64,000 nucleotides of DNA, taken from positions 6,250-70,249 of the forward strand of contig CAJTVN010000001.1 in the NCBI GenBank assembly GCA_910579685.1. Direction: 5' to 3'. The notes under the pieces were generated by a model that was not told where the DNA came from, made no database searches, and saw only the letters and a program-made list of their open reading frames with translations. Source of the stretch: an uncultured Lachnospiraceae bacterium. Lineage in GTDB: Bacteria > Bacillota > Clostridia > Lachnospirales > Lachnospiraceae. How positions within the stretch are numbered: position 1 is the stretch's first letter; the number at the start of each line of letters is the position of its first letter. A program made the translations under genes and the position numbers. This document shows, in pieces, positions 39,439 through 48,647 of the stretch.

Positions 39439-41199
39439 ATGGGGACAAAAAAATATTCTGTTATTTCCGGTTTTATCTTTCTGACGAGGGAAATGCGAAG
39501 CCATACGATCCGCTCCTTCCGGCTTTTGCCGGTAGGAGTTTTCGTAAAGGTTCTGATACCCTTTGCCGGTATCTGGCTGCCTAATATCGTGGTGCGGGCC
39601 ATAACGGACAAAACCGGGTTCGGAAATCTTGCGGCCGCAGTTTCCGTCCTGGGGCTTGTGATGGTGGCGTGCAGCTTTGCCGAGCAGTATGTCACGGGCG
39701 TTCTGGAGGCGGAAGCTCCCCGGCTCTCTCAGGGGATCTCCGACCGGCTGTTTTATAAAAAATTATATTGTGACTATGAGAATCTGGAGGATAAGGAGCT
39801 TTCCGGATTTTTTGATGAAGCGGAGCGCTGTCTGTGGTACGGGCAGCATTCCATGTTCCAGGCGGCGGGACATCTGGTTTTGTTTGGCTCAGGCGTATTC
39901 GGCTTTGTGCTTTATCTCGCCATTCTCTGGAAGCTTCCCAAACTGCTTCTTCTTTTGATGGTGGCTGGCACCTGTGTCAGCTTTTTCTTTTCTGACCTGG
40001 GACAGAAGGAGAGGGCAAAGAGGGAAAATTTCCTGGGGGATGCGGTTCGGCGGATGAGCGATCTGCAGAAGAGCTGTGCGGAGCCAAAAGCCGGGAAGGA
40101 CATCCGTCTTTACGGGATGTACGGCTGGTTTGAGGCCAGGTTCGCCCTGGTGCACCGGCAGATCCGGGAGGATTATATCCGTCTGGAAAAAAAGAACTTT
40201 CTCTCCGCACGGATTACGGTGGGAGCGGGGACTCTCATGGAAATCTGCGGCTATCTGGTTCTGACCGGGAGAGTGTTCTCGGGCAGGATGGATCTGGCGG
40301 AGTATGTGCTGTGTATCGGTGCGGTGCTGGGCTTTTCCACCTGGGTAAGACAGATCGTTGAGCAGCTGCAAAAGCTCTGGATTATGAAGGCGGATGTGGA
40401 TGTGATAAGGCGGTGCCTGGATATGCCGGACCGCAGCGCAGCCGCCAGGGGCGGCAGTGCGGGGGCTGATATCCGTCAGATCACGGATTCGGGAAAGGCC
40501 TGCGAGATTGTGTTCGATCATGTTTTTTACCGCTATCCGGGAAGCGATAAGGATACCGTCTCGGATCTGTCTTTCCGCATTAAAAAGGGAGAGAGGATCG
40601 CCCTTGTGGGGATGAACGGCGCAGGCAAGACCACCTGTGTGAAGCTCCTGTGCGGACTGCTCACACCCACGGCGGGAGAGATACGGATCAATGGGATACG
40701 TTCAGAGGAATTTGACCGGCAGGACTACTACCGCCTTTTTTCCACGGTTTTCCAGGAGGTGAACCTGTTTCCGGCCTCCATTCGTGAGAATATTACGGGA
40801 AAGACCCGGGGAGAGGCCGGCGAGGGACGTATGGAGGAGTGCCTGAAACAGGCCGGTCTGTGGGAGAAGATCTGTTCTATGGCAAAACAGGCGGATACCC
40901 TGCTGGTGAAGGAGCTGGACGAGCCCACGGCGGCCCTGGATCCCATATCCGAAAATAATGTTTACCGGAAATACCTGTCTCTGACCGGAAACTGTACCTC
41001 GGTTTTCATTTCCCACCGGCTTGCCAGCACCCGGTTCTGCAGCCGTATCCTCTTTCTGGATGAGGGCCGTATCCTGGAGGAGGGAAGCCACGAGGAGCTT
41101 GTTGCGGCAGGAGGAAGCTATGCGGAGGCTTTCGAGGTTCAGAGCCGCTATTATAAAGAGCACCCGCAGGAGAACGGGGAGGAGGTGAGCTTTGCATGA
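39439..41199 (+). CDS. ABC exporter half-transporter (TMD+NBD) lacking the signature motif
   Basis: TMD, Walker A GMNGAGKTT, Q-loop VFQE, then LLVKELDEPTAALD with no SGG segment; H-loop ISHRL present. Confidence 0.85.
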   Translation: MGTKKYSVISGFIFLTREMRSHTIRSFRLLPVGVFVKVLIPFAGIWLPNIVVRAITDKTGFGNLAAAVSVLGLVMVACSFAEQYVTGVLEAEAPRLSQGISDRLFYKKLYCDYENLEDKELSGFFDEAERCLWYGQHSMFQAAGHLVLFGSGVFGFVLYLAILWKLPKLLLLLMVAGTCVSFFFSDLGQKERAKRENFLGDAVRRMSDLQKSCAEPKAGKDIRLYGMYGWFEARFALVHRQIREDYIRLEKKNFLSARITVGAGTLMEICGYLVLTGRVFSGRMDLAEYVLCIGAVLGFSTWVRQIVEQLQKLWIMKADVDVIRRCLDMPDRSAAARGGSAGADIRQITDSGKACEIVFDHVFYRYPGSDKDTVSDLSFRIKKGERIALVGMNGAGKTTCVKLLCGLLTPTAGEIRINGIRSEEFDRQDYYRLFSTVFQEVNLFPASIRENITGKTRGEAGEGRMEECLKQAGLWEKICSMAKQADTLLVKELDEPTAALDPISENNVYRKYLSLTGNCTSVFISHRLASTRFCSRILFLDEGRILEEGSHEELVAAGGSYAEAFEVQSRYYKEHPQENGEEVSFA

Positions 41200-43121
41200 G
41201 TCAGGAAAAGAAAAACGAAGAGGCAAAAATGACGGGCTTTTTTCAAAGCCTGAAATCCGTGCTTCTGACGGCAAAGGTGATCTTTCGGATGGACTGGAAA
41301 AATATCCCCGCTTTTGTGGGAAACCAGATTTTTCTTACCGTGCAGCCCTTCGTGGCGTTATATTTTTCCGCCAGGATTCTGGACGCACTGGCACAGGGAG
41401 CGGATCGGAGGACGGTTATTTCGTGGGTGATCGGGGCGGTGGCCAGCGGCTACGGCATCTATCTTCTGGAGCGGCTCTTTGCCTGTCTGAACAGTGTGGA
41501 GGGAGTCACGCTTTACTGGCAGCTCTATCAGGAAATGAGCCGGGTCATGATGCGGGCGGACTACGGGGAGCTGGAAAAGCCTGACATCCGGCAGGCAAAG
41601 GAGAGGATCGAACGCTCCACCCGGATGTTCTGGTACGGCCCCTGGGAGGTGCCGGGTGTGCTGATGGCCGTGGCCCAGGGTCTGACGATTACGATTTCCG
41701 CCCTTGTGCTGGCCTGGCCGGTGTTCCTTCCGGTAAAGGGAGAAGGCTTTCCATGGGGAACGCTTGGAATGTGTGTCTTTATCCTCGTCTCGGTTCTGTA
41801 TTCCTTAAGATCAGAGAAGCGGATCTGCGAGATGCAGGAGGGAAACCTCGAGGAGCTTGCCGTACTGCAGAGAAAGATGTATTTCTTTGAAGAGTATATA
41901 GGGGAGGGGCGGGCTGCCAAGGATATCCGTCTGTACCGTCAGCAGGAACTGATCCGGCCCCGTCATCAGGAGAACTGGAAGAAGATCACGCAGCTCAACG
42001 ACCGGGTTTCCGACGCAAGGTCGAAGAGCTCCGGCATCCGGGGGATTTTTTCCCAGGCTATCGGAGCTGTCGCTTACCTGATTGTTGGGGCCAGGGCCAT
42101 TGCGGGAATTTTCAGTGTGGGCGCCGTGGTGCAGTATGTGGGCGCCGTCATGAAGCTTTCCGAAGGAATCCGGGTACTGGTCTATTCCCTGCAGCATATC
42201 CGGATGCAGGGACCCCACTGTCAGGAGTACCTGGATTTTATCGGAGAAGGAGAGGATAAGATGATTTACCGCCACGGGCAGGACGGAACGGCGGAAGTGA
42301 CGCTCTCCGGGAACCCGGAGGATACTGCTTTCGGAGAAGGCAACGCCATCGAAGACGGCAACGCCATCGAAGATGGCGGGTGTATTGAGTTTGAGCATGT
42401 GAGCTTTCGTTATCCCGGATCCAATGAGTGGGCGGTAAGGGATCTGAGCATCCGGCTGGAAAAGGGCGTGCATTTTGCCGTGGTGGGCAGGAACGGAAGC
42501 GGGAAAACCACCTTTATCAAGCTTCTCTGCCGTCTGTATGATCCGGTGGAGGGCAGAATTCTGTTAAACGGCAGGGATATTCGGGAATTCAAATATGAGC
42601 AATATCAGAGACTCTTTGCGGTGGTGTTCCAGGATTTCCAGCTTTTTGCCATGCCTCTCGGGGAGAATGTGGCATCCGCCATGGAATACGACGGGGAAAA
42701 GGTGATGAGGGCTCTGGATCAGGCCGGAACCGGACAGTGGGCGAGAGAACTTCCAAAAGGCCTGGAACAGCCTCTGTATCTGGTGGAGAAGGACGGCATC
42801 AATATCTCCGGAGGGGAGGCCCAGAAGATCGCTATCGCCCGTGCGCTGTACAAGGATTCTCCCTTTGTTATTCTCGACGAGCCCACGGCGGCTCTGGACC
42901 CGCTTGCGGAGGCGGAAATTTATGAGGGCTTTCGTGAGATGGTTGCGAAAAAGGGAGCGGTATATATTTCCCACCGGTTGTCCTCCTGTCGATTCTGTGA
43001 TACGATTGCGGTGTTTGATGAAGGAAGACTGGTTCAGCTGGGCGGGCACGAAGAGCTCCTTGGGGATGAGGGCGGAAAGTATTATGAGCTTTGGAACGCC
43101 CAGGCGCAGTATTATCAGTAA
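41196..43121 (+). CDS. ABC exporter half-transporter (TMD+NBD), intact
   Basis: GRNGSGKTT, ISGGEAQ, VILDEPT, ISHRL; ATGA overlap with the previous gene. Confidence 0.93.
   Translation: MSQEKKNEEAKMTGFFQSLKSVLLTAKVIFRMDWKNIPAFVGNQIFLTVQPFVALYFSARILDALAQGADRRTVISWVIGAVASGYGIYLLERLFACLNSVEGVTLYWQLYQEMSRVMMRADYGELEKPDIRQAKERIERSTRMFWYGPWEVPGVLMAVAQGLTITISALVLAWPVFLPVKGEGFPWGTLGMCVFILVSVLYSLRSEKRICEMQEGNLEELAVLQRKMYFFEEYIGEGRAAKDIRLYRQQELIRPRHQENWKKITQLNDRVSDARSKSSGIRGIFSQAIGAVAYLIVGARAIAGIFSVGAVVQYVGAVMKLSEGIRVLVYSLQHIRMQGPHCQEYLDFIGEGEDKMIYRHGQDGTAEVTLSGNPEDTAFGEGNAIEDGNAIEDGGCIEFEHVSFRYPGSNEWAVRDLSIRLEKGVHFAVVGRNGSGKTTFIKLLCRLYDPVEGRILLNGRDIREFKYEQYQRLFAVVFQDFQLFAMPLGENVASAMEYDGEKVMRALDQAGTGQWARELPKGLEQPLYLVEKDGINISGGEAQKIAIARALYKDSPFVILDEPTAALDPLAEAEIYEGFREMVAKKGAVYISHRLSSCRFCDTIAVFDEGRLVQLGGHEELLGDEGGKYYELWNAQAQYYQ
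42339..42377 (+). repeat. 18-bp in-frame tandem duplication (GNAIED twice) in the TMD-NBD linker
   Basis: GGCAACGCCATCGAAGAC/GGCAACGCCATCGAAGAT. Confidence 0.9.
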
Positions 43122-43145
43122 AAACGGAAAGGCATGGAGAGAAGG

Positions 43146-44813
43146 ATGAGAAAGAAAAGTCTATGGGCGGCGGCATGCATTGCCGCCGCAGTTTTGACAA
43201 TGGCCGGATGTGGTAAGGACAACGGCGCAGATTTACAGAGCGGCCAGAAAGCGGACGGCACGCAGGTACAGAACCAGGAGGCGGATACCGAAGAGGCGGA
43301 CGATGGTACGGCTGCCCAGGGGACAGATGCGGAAGAGGCGGAGACTTCGGCCTTGCCCGATTCGGAGGATGGCGCACAGCCGGAAGAGGACGTTGATATC
43401 TTTGAGGGGATTGCGACGGCGGAGAACGGGGCCGGGGTCAGCATTCACGACCCATCCATCAAGGTGTTTGACGGGAAATACTATCTCTACGGCTCCCACA
43501 TGACAGGGGCGCATTCGGAGGATATGCAGACCTGGACCTATATCGGAAACACTTACAGCGCCGGCAATCCGTTGTTTGAGAATCTCTTTGAGGAAGGGCT
43601 TGGCGTGTTTGACTATGCGGGTACTTATGAGGACGGAAGCCATTCTGTCTGGGCGGAGGACGTGATCTACATAGAGGAAATGCAGAAATATGTGATGTAT
43701 TTCTGCACCTCGTCCACCTATATCAAGTCCAAGCTCTGCTATGCGACATCAGACCGGCCGGAGGGCCCTTATGCCTACCAGGGAACGCTTCTGTATTCGG
43801 GCTTTACGAACAGCGATATTGAAGAGACGGACGTTTACGACTATGTAGATACGGAGTACGCCGCAAAAACTTATTTTGCAGGCGGGCAGTACAATAACAT
43901 GCAGTGGCCTAACTGCATTGATCCCGCTCCCTTTTATGACAAGAAGGGAAGGCTTTGGATGACCTACGGCTCCTGGTCCGGCGGCATCTTCCTGCTCGAG
44001 CTGGATCCGGAAACCGGGCTGGTCATTCATCCGCAGGCGGACGAGGAAAACCAGGTGGATCCCTATTTCGGAAAAAGGCTCATAGGCGGAGGCCACAATT
44101 CCATCGAAGGCCCCTATATTCAGTATGATGAGACATCCGGCTATTATTATCTGTATGTCTCCTACGGCGGCCTGGAGCGCACCGGAGGCTATCAGATCCG
44201 TGTGTTCCGCAGCGAAACGCCGGACGGCGAGTATGTGGATATGAACGGGGAAGCGCCCCGCATGGGTTATGCTCATGTGAAATACGGATTAAAGCTTTCC
44301 GGCAATTACTATATGCCAAGCTGCCGCTATGCCTACATGGCCACCGGCGGACAGTCCGCCTTTCGGGATGCGGACGGGAAGCAGTATCTCTGCTATCATT
44401 CCCGGTTTGATCACGGAACCGAGTACCATGAGCCCTGCGTGAAGCAGGTGTTCTTAAATCGGGAGGGATGGCCGGTGCTCGCCCCCTATACCACCAAAGG
44501 GGAGACGATCAGCGAAGAGGGCTATTCCCTGGAGGAGATGGCGGGAACCTACTATTTTATTAATCAGGATATCAAGCTGAACAGCGATATTGTGTCCGCC
44601 GAGCTCATGACCCTCAAGGAGGACGGGACGGTCAGCGGCTGCGCGGAGGGAACCTGGCAGTGGGAGGACGGAACCTGCTACATGAGCCTGACTTATGAGG
44701 ACGTGACCTACAGCGGCGTGTTCTGCGCCATGAAGGACGAGGCGGGAACGGACGTGATGACCTTCAGTGCGGTAGGAGACAATAAGAGCGTGTGGGGAGC
44801 GAAGTATGAATAG
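43146..44813 (+). CDS. GH43 glycoside hydrolase lipoprotein (endo-arabinanase-like)
   Basis: Lipobox MAGC, acidic linker, HDPS, NCIDP, YGSWSGGI, IEGPY, C-terminal beta domain; alternative start at 43134. Confidence 0.9.
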   Translation: MRKKSLWAAACIAAAVLTMAGCGKDNGADLQSGQKADGTQVQNQEADTEEADDGTAAQGTDAEEAETSALPDSEDGAQPEEDVDIFEGIATAENGAGVSIHDPSIKVFDGKYYLYGSHMTGAHSEDMQTWTYIGNTYSAGNPLFENLFEEGLGVFDYAGTYEDGSHSVWAEDVIYIEEMQKYVMYFCTSSTYIKSKLCYATSDRPEGPYAYQGTLLYSGFTNSDIEETDVYDYVDTEYAAKTYFAGGQYNNMQWPNCIDPAPFYDKKGRLWMTYGSWSGGIFLLELDPETGLVIHPQADEENQVDPYFGKRLIGGGHNSIEGPYIQYDETSGYYYLYVSYGGLERTGGYQIRVFRSETPDGEYVDMNGEAPRMGYAHVKYGLKLSGNYYMPSCRYAYMATGGQSAFRDADGKQYLCYHSRFDHGTEYHEPCVKQVFLNREGWPVLAPYTTKGETISEEGYSLEEMAGTYYFINQDIKLNSDIVSAELMTLKEDGTVSGCAEGTWQWEDGTCYMSLTYEDVTYSGVFCAMKDEAGTDVMTFSAVGDNKSVWGAKYE

Positions 44814-44854
44814 GGAATTGCAAGTATAATGAAGTTGTAAAAGGGTTCCGATGG

Positions 44855-44890
44855 AGCGTCCTTGATGTCCGAAAGAGCATCAAGGACGCT
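44855..44890. other. Stem-loop just inside the left repeat
   Basis: 13-bp perfect stem AGCGTCCTTGATG/CATCAAGGACGCT, no U-tract. Confidence 0.6.
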
Positions 44891-44989
44891 TATGAGTTCG
44901 TAAAACCGAACATCTATATATGAAATTTACTGCTATATTTGATATGAAAGTTAGAGCTCAAATTCGTTCAGAATTTTAATTATCGTTTT

Positions 44990-45778
44990 GTGATGGAAAT
45001 GAGTCTCTATTTTTTGGGAGGCTATATGATTTTGAAAGGCCACCTGCTTTTAGGATCTTTTCTCGCATTTCTGTCCTACATGAAAAAGCTTTACGGTAAT
45101 ATACGCCAATTGGGAAAGCGTCAGATCGACTATAAAAAGGAGAAAATGGAAAGGGAGCAGATAAGGGCCGCCCTGAGACGTGACGGCAAACCCGGGAAAA
45201 AAGTTGTTGAAAATACAGATATTAAATTCGATAAAGTCTCTTTCCAATACGAAGATAAAACCGCTTTCTCATTAAACATGGAGAAACTCGAGATCGGCAA
45301 GGGAAGCTGCATGGCCATTACAGGGGAAAGCGGCTGCGGGAAGTCCACATTGGCGAAGCTGATTGCACAGGAAACGGAAAATTATTCCGGTAAGATAGCG
45401 GCGTTCCAGGGGGAAATCCAATATGATTACAGGGACGTGCAGATTAAATGCATTCACGTGGAGAAAGAACCGTATCTGTTCAACTTGTCGGCATTGGAAA
45501 ATTTGCTTTTGGTAGATGAGAGCAGGGAACGGGTTGAGAAATGCCTGGAATTGTGTTTCAGTACCGCCGAGATTGAAGAACTCGGACTGCTGATATGGGA
45601 CGAAGCAATGTCACAGATGGACACGGCGCTTGAGAATGCGATGCATGAAGTGATAAAACGTGAATTGCGGGGAAGTACGAATATTTTTATTTCTCACAGA
45701 AAAGAAATCTTTGCCCATGTAGATCGGGTGATACGAATACGGAACGGAGAAGCCGAAACGGTTTTGTACGGGTTTTAA
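44990..45778 (+). pseudogene. Truncated ABC exporter (last TM helices plus an NBD missing the signature motif)
   Basis: GESGCGKST, then EELGLLIWDEA with no SGG segment, ISHR; most of the TMD is absent. Confidence 0.75.
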
Positions 45779-45856
45779 CGTTTACACAACGGATTTCTGT
45801 GTAATGGAGTTAACAAAAAACAGGAGAACAGATTGAGGTGGAATAGGCTGTTTCAT

Positions 45857-45993
45857 ATGAGAAATATAGTTGCGATAATCGGAAATAATAGCGTAGCGTG
45901 TATAAATGCAATATTCGATTTTGGGAAAGGAAAGAAATACCAGCACTAATTGATCCGGAATTTCCTGAAAAAGTATTAAAAAAAATTGTGTAA
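45857..45993 (+). pseudogene. Frameshifted fragment of an AMP-binding (adenylate-forming) enzyme
   Basis: NIVAIIGNNSVACINAIF, then in another frame WERKEIPALIDPEFPEKVLKKIV. Confidence 0.5.
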
Positions 45994-46094
45994 ACGCACA
46001 TAAAATAGGAATGATATCTTGAATACGCATGTTGTCTGCGGTAGAATAGAATTACTTAAAAATGTGTATTTGCACAAAAACAAGGAGCGGAAGA

Positions 46095-47348
46095 ATGGAA
46101 ATTGAAAGAAATAATTACCTCCGGCAGCTTATCCTGAGAAAAGATAACGGGATGATAAAGGTTATTACGGGCATACGAAGATGCGGAAAATCATTTTTAC
46201 TATTTGTAATATTCAAAAAATACTTACTGGAAAACGGCATAGATGAAGATCATGTCATCGAGATTGCCCTGGACGGCATTGAAAATGAGGAATTGCGAAA
46301 TCCAAAAGTGTGCCATCAGTATGTAAAAGCCTCCATAAAGGACGCTGGAAAATATTATCTGCTTTTGGATGAAGTGCAATTTATGCCACGATTTGAGGAG
46401 GTACTCAACAGCCTTCTCCGTATAAGCAATCTTGACATCTATGTGACAGGCAGCAATTCCAGATTTTTGTCCAGTGACATTGTAACGGAGTTTCGGGGCA
46501 GAGGGGATGAGATCAGGGTTTACCCTCTTTCTTTTGCGGAATTTTATTCTGTTTACGATGGAGAATACGAGGATGCATGGAACGATTATATGATTTATGG
46601 CGGATTGCCGCAGGTTGCCGGATTTCAGACTGAACGCCAGAAGGCAGAATATTTGAAAAATATTTTTACAAATGTATACCTGAAAGATGTCGTGGAACGA
46701 AACGGCATTCAAAGCATGGACGACCTGGGTACGCTGGTTGATATTCTTGCTTCTGTCATCGGGGCTCCCACAAATCCAACCCGGATTTCCAATACCTTTG
46801 CAAGTGAACGCCAGATCAGCTATACAAATAAAACAATATCCAGACATATTGATTATCTTGAGGAATCATTCCTGATTTCCAGATCCAACCGTTATGATAT
46901 AAAAGGGAGAAAATATGTCGGTGCAAATCTGAAGTATTATTTTACGGATCTGGGTCTTAGAAATGCAAGATTGAATTTCCGTCAGCAGGAACCCACCCAT
47001 ATTATGGAGAATATTGTTTATAACGAATTGCTTATCCGTGGATATAATGTTGATACGGGCATCCTGGACGTATACGGGAAAGATTCGGCGGGAAAACGTG
47101 TCCGTAAGCAGCTGGAAGTTGATTTTGTCGTAAATCAGGGAAGCCAGAGGTATTATATCCAGGTGGCCTGTGATATGGCGTCAAAGGAAAAGCAGTCGCA
47201 GGAATTTCGTTCTCTGCGTAATATTCCGGATTCCTTTAAAAAAATAGTGATTACGGGGGGAACGGCAAAACCCTGGAGAAATGAAGAAGGCTTTGTCATC
47301 ATGGGAATGAAGTATTTTCTTCTAAATACAGACAGCCTGGAATTTTGA
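46095..47348 (+). CDS. AAA_14 ATPase with DUF4143 domain
   Basis: ITGIRRCGKS, LLDEVQ, VTGSNS, YGGLP, KYYFTDLGLRN, ENIVYNEL, EVDFV..YIQV. Confidence 0.92.
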   Translation: MEIERNNYLRQLILRKDNGMIKVITGIRRCGKSFLLFVIFKKYLLENGIDEDHVIEIALDGIENEELRNPKVCHQYVKASIKDAGKYYLLLDEVQFMPRFEEVLNSLLRISNLDIYVTGSNSRFLSSDIVTEFRGRGDEIRVYPLSFAEFYSVYDGEYEDAWNDYMIYGGLPQVAGFQTERQKAEYLKNIFTNVYLKDVVERNGIQSMDDLGTLVDILASVIGAPTNPTRISNTFASERQISYTNKTISRHIDYLEESFLISRSNRYDIKGRKYVGANLKYYFTDLGLRNARLNFRQQEPTHIMENIVYNELLIRGYNVDTGILDVYGKDSAGKRVRKQLEVDFVVNQGSQRYYIQVACDMASKEKQSQEFRSLRNIPDSFKKIVITGGTAKPWRNEEGFVIMGMKYFLLNTDSLEF

Positions 47349-47351
47349 TAT

Positions 47352-47444
47352 ACCACATCCGCTTTGGATCCGGTTGAAGAATATAAGATCTATGATCAGT
47401 TTGCAGATAGCATTTACGGGGGAGGTAGTGTGATGGAAAAATAA
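47352..47444 (+). pseudogene. ABC NBD D-loop fragment
   Basis: Reads TSALDPVEEYKIYDQF with no start codon, 3 nt after the ATPase stop. Confidence 0.65.
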
Positions 47445-47455
47445 ACGGGTCAATT

Positions 47456-48542
47456 GTGCGGCTGGCTTGCTTTTTGCTTCTGTCGGTCTGCGTTCATCTT
47501 TTTCTGATCTTGGCCGACAGGAAACTGACCGCCGTTTTTGAAAGGGGCATGATTCCCATTCAGGAAAGGTATATGGAGCGGGACCTGTTGAAATCGGGAA
47601 GAAGCAAAAAATACAGTGAGCTGGAACTGAGCAGGTGTCATTTATGTGATTCTGTTTGCAAATTTACTGATACCCGCACTGTACAACAAATGATATATGA
47701 GAAGGAAGTCCGGGGTTTCGTGAGTGCGGTGAGAATCGCAAACCGGACGGCCCGCACGGAAACGGGATTGAAAAGCGGCATGAATCAGTTTTCAAATTAT
47801 GTGGGATACATAGCGGCCGGGCTTTTTGCGGTGTCGGGCCGGATCGGACTGGCCACGGTGGCCAGAACCGTGCTGCTGATCCCTCTCATACAAAATATCT
47901 TATCTTTGGTGATGGTGAAATACGTTCATCGCAGAAACGTTATTGTCTCAAAACAAAGATTAATGGATTTGGCAGGTAAAGGGACAGGCGGCGAAAAGGA
48001 ACCGGATTTCTGGGACATTCAAATCAGGCATCTGGATTTCTCTCATCTATGTCTGCGGTATCTTCTGGGTCAATTTTCAGTTTGTGGAAAAGGTCAGATG
48101 GAATACGAGCGAGTAACGAAAAATGGCGCAGGCGTCGGACTACTATGAGAACATGCCCGTTGATCCGGGAACGGCGAAGGAGATACGTGTTTTTGAAATG
48201 GCGGATTTCGTGGTGAAGCAGTGGAAGCGTGCTTTTGGGGCAGTAAAACAGTATGAAAAAAAGCGGGACTTTGAAATCAAGCTGAGAAATCTGATCAGCG
48301 GAATCGGATTTTATCTGTTCATGTTTCTCATGATCAGCGTGAATCTGTTCCGGCTTGCGCAGGGGCGGATGCAGGTGGGCGTTCTTCTGATCTCATCCGT
48401 TCTGGCGAACCTGCAGAAGGACGAGGAATACCGGTACAAAACGAAATGGATGACGGAAGCCGCACTGGCTGCGCATTCCGTAAATAGTAACGTATTACGA
48501 AAGGAACAGAATATTGACAATAGTATGGAGGGCGAAATATAG
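47456..48542 (+). pseudogene. Mosaic of ABC exporter TMD fragments
   Basis: Partial TM helices, IQIRHLDFS (NBD entry), AKEIRVF and RLAQGRMQVG motifs across two overlapping ORFs; no complete domain. Confidence 0.65.
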
Positions 48543-48621
48543 TACATTTATAGAAGAGAGTATGGGGAGCGAAGTACGAACAGAAGGTTTTGTTGAATTT
48601 GTAGTTATTTTGCATTAAAAT
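48514..48621 (+). promoter_or_regulatory. Two sigma-A-like promoters upstream of the GH63-like gene
   Basis: TTGACA(48514)-18 bp-TATAGT and TTGAAT(48593)-17 bp-TAAAAT. Confidence 0.5.
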
Positions 48622-48647
48622 CTGGAAGTCATATGAGGAGTAAGCAC

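Larger units (their letters stand above)
44784..48583. mobile_element. Decayed island bounded by 30-bp imperfect direct repeats
   Basis: 44784-44813 versus 48554-48583 match at 26/30; the interior is AT-richer and full of gene fragments; no integrase remains. Confidence 0.65.
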
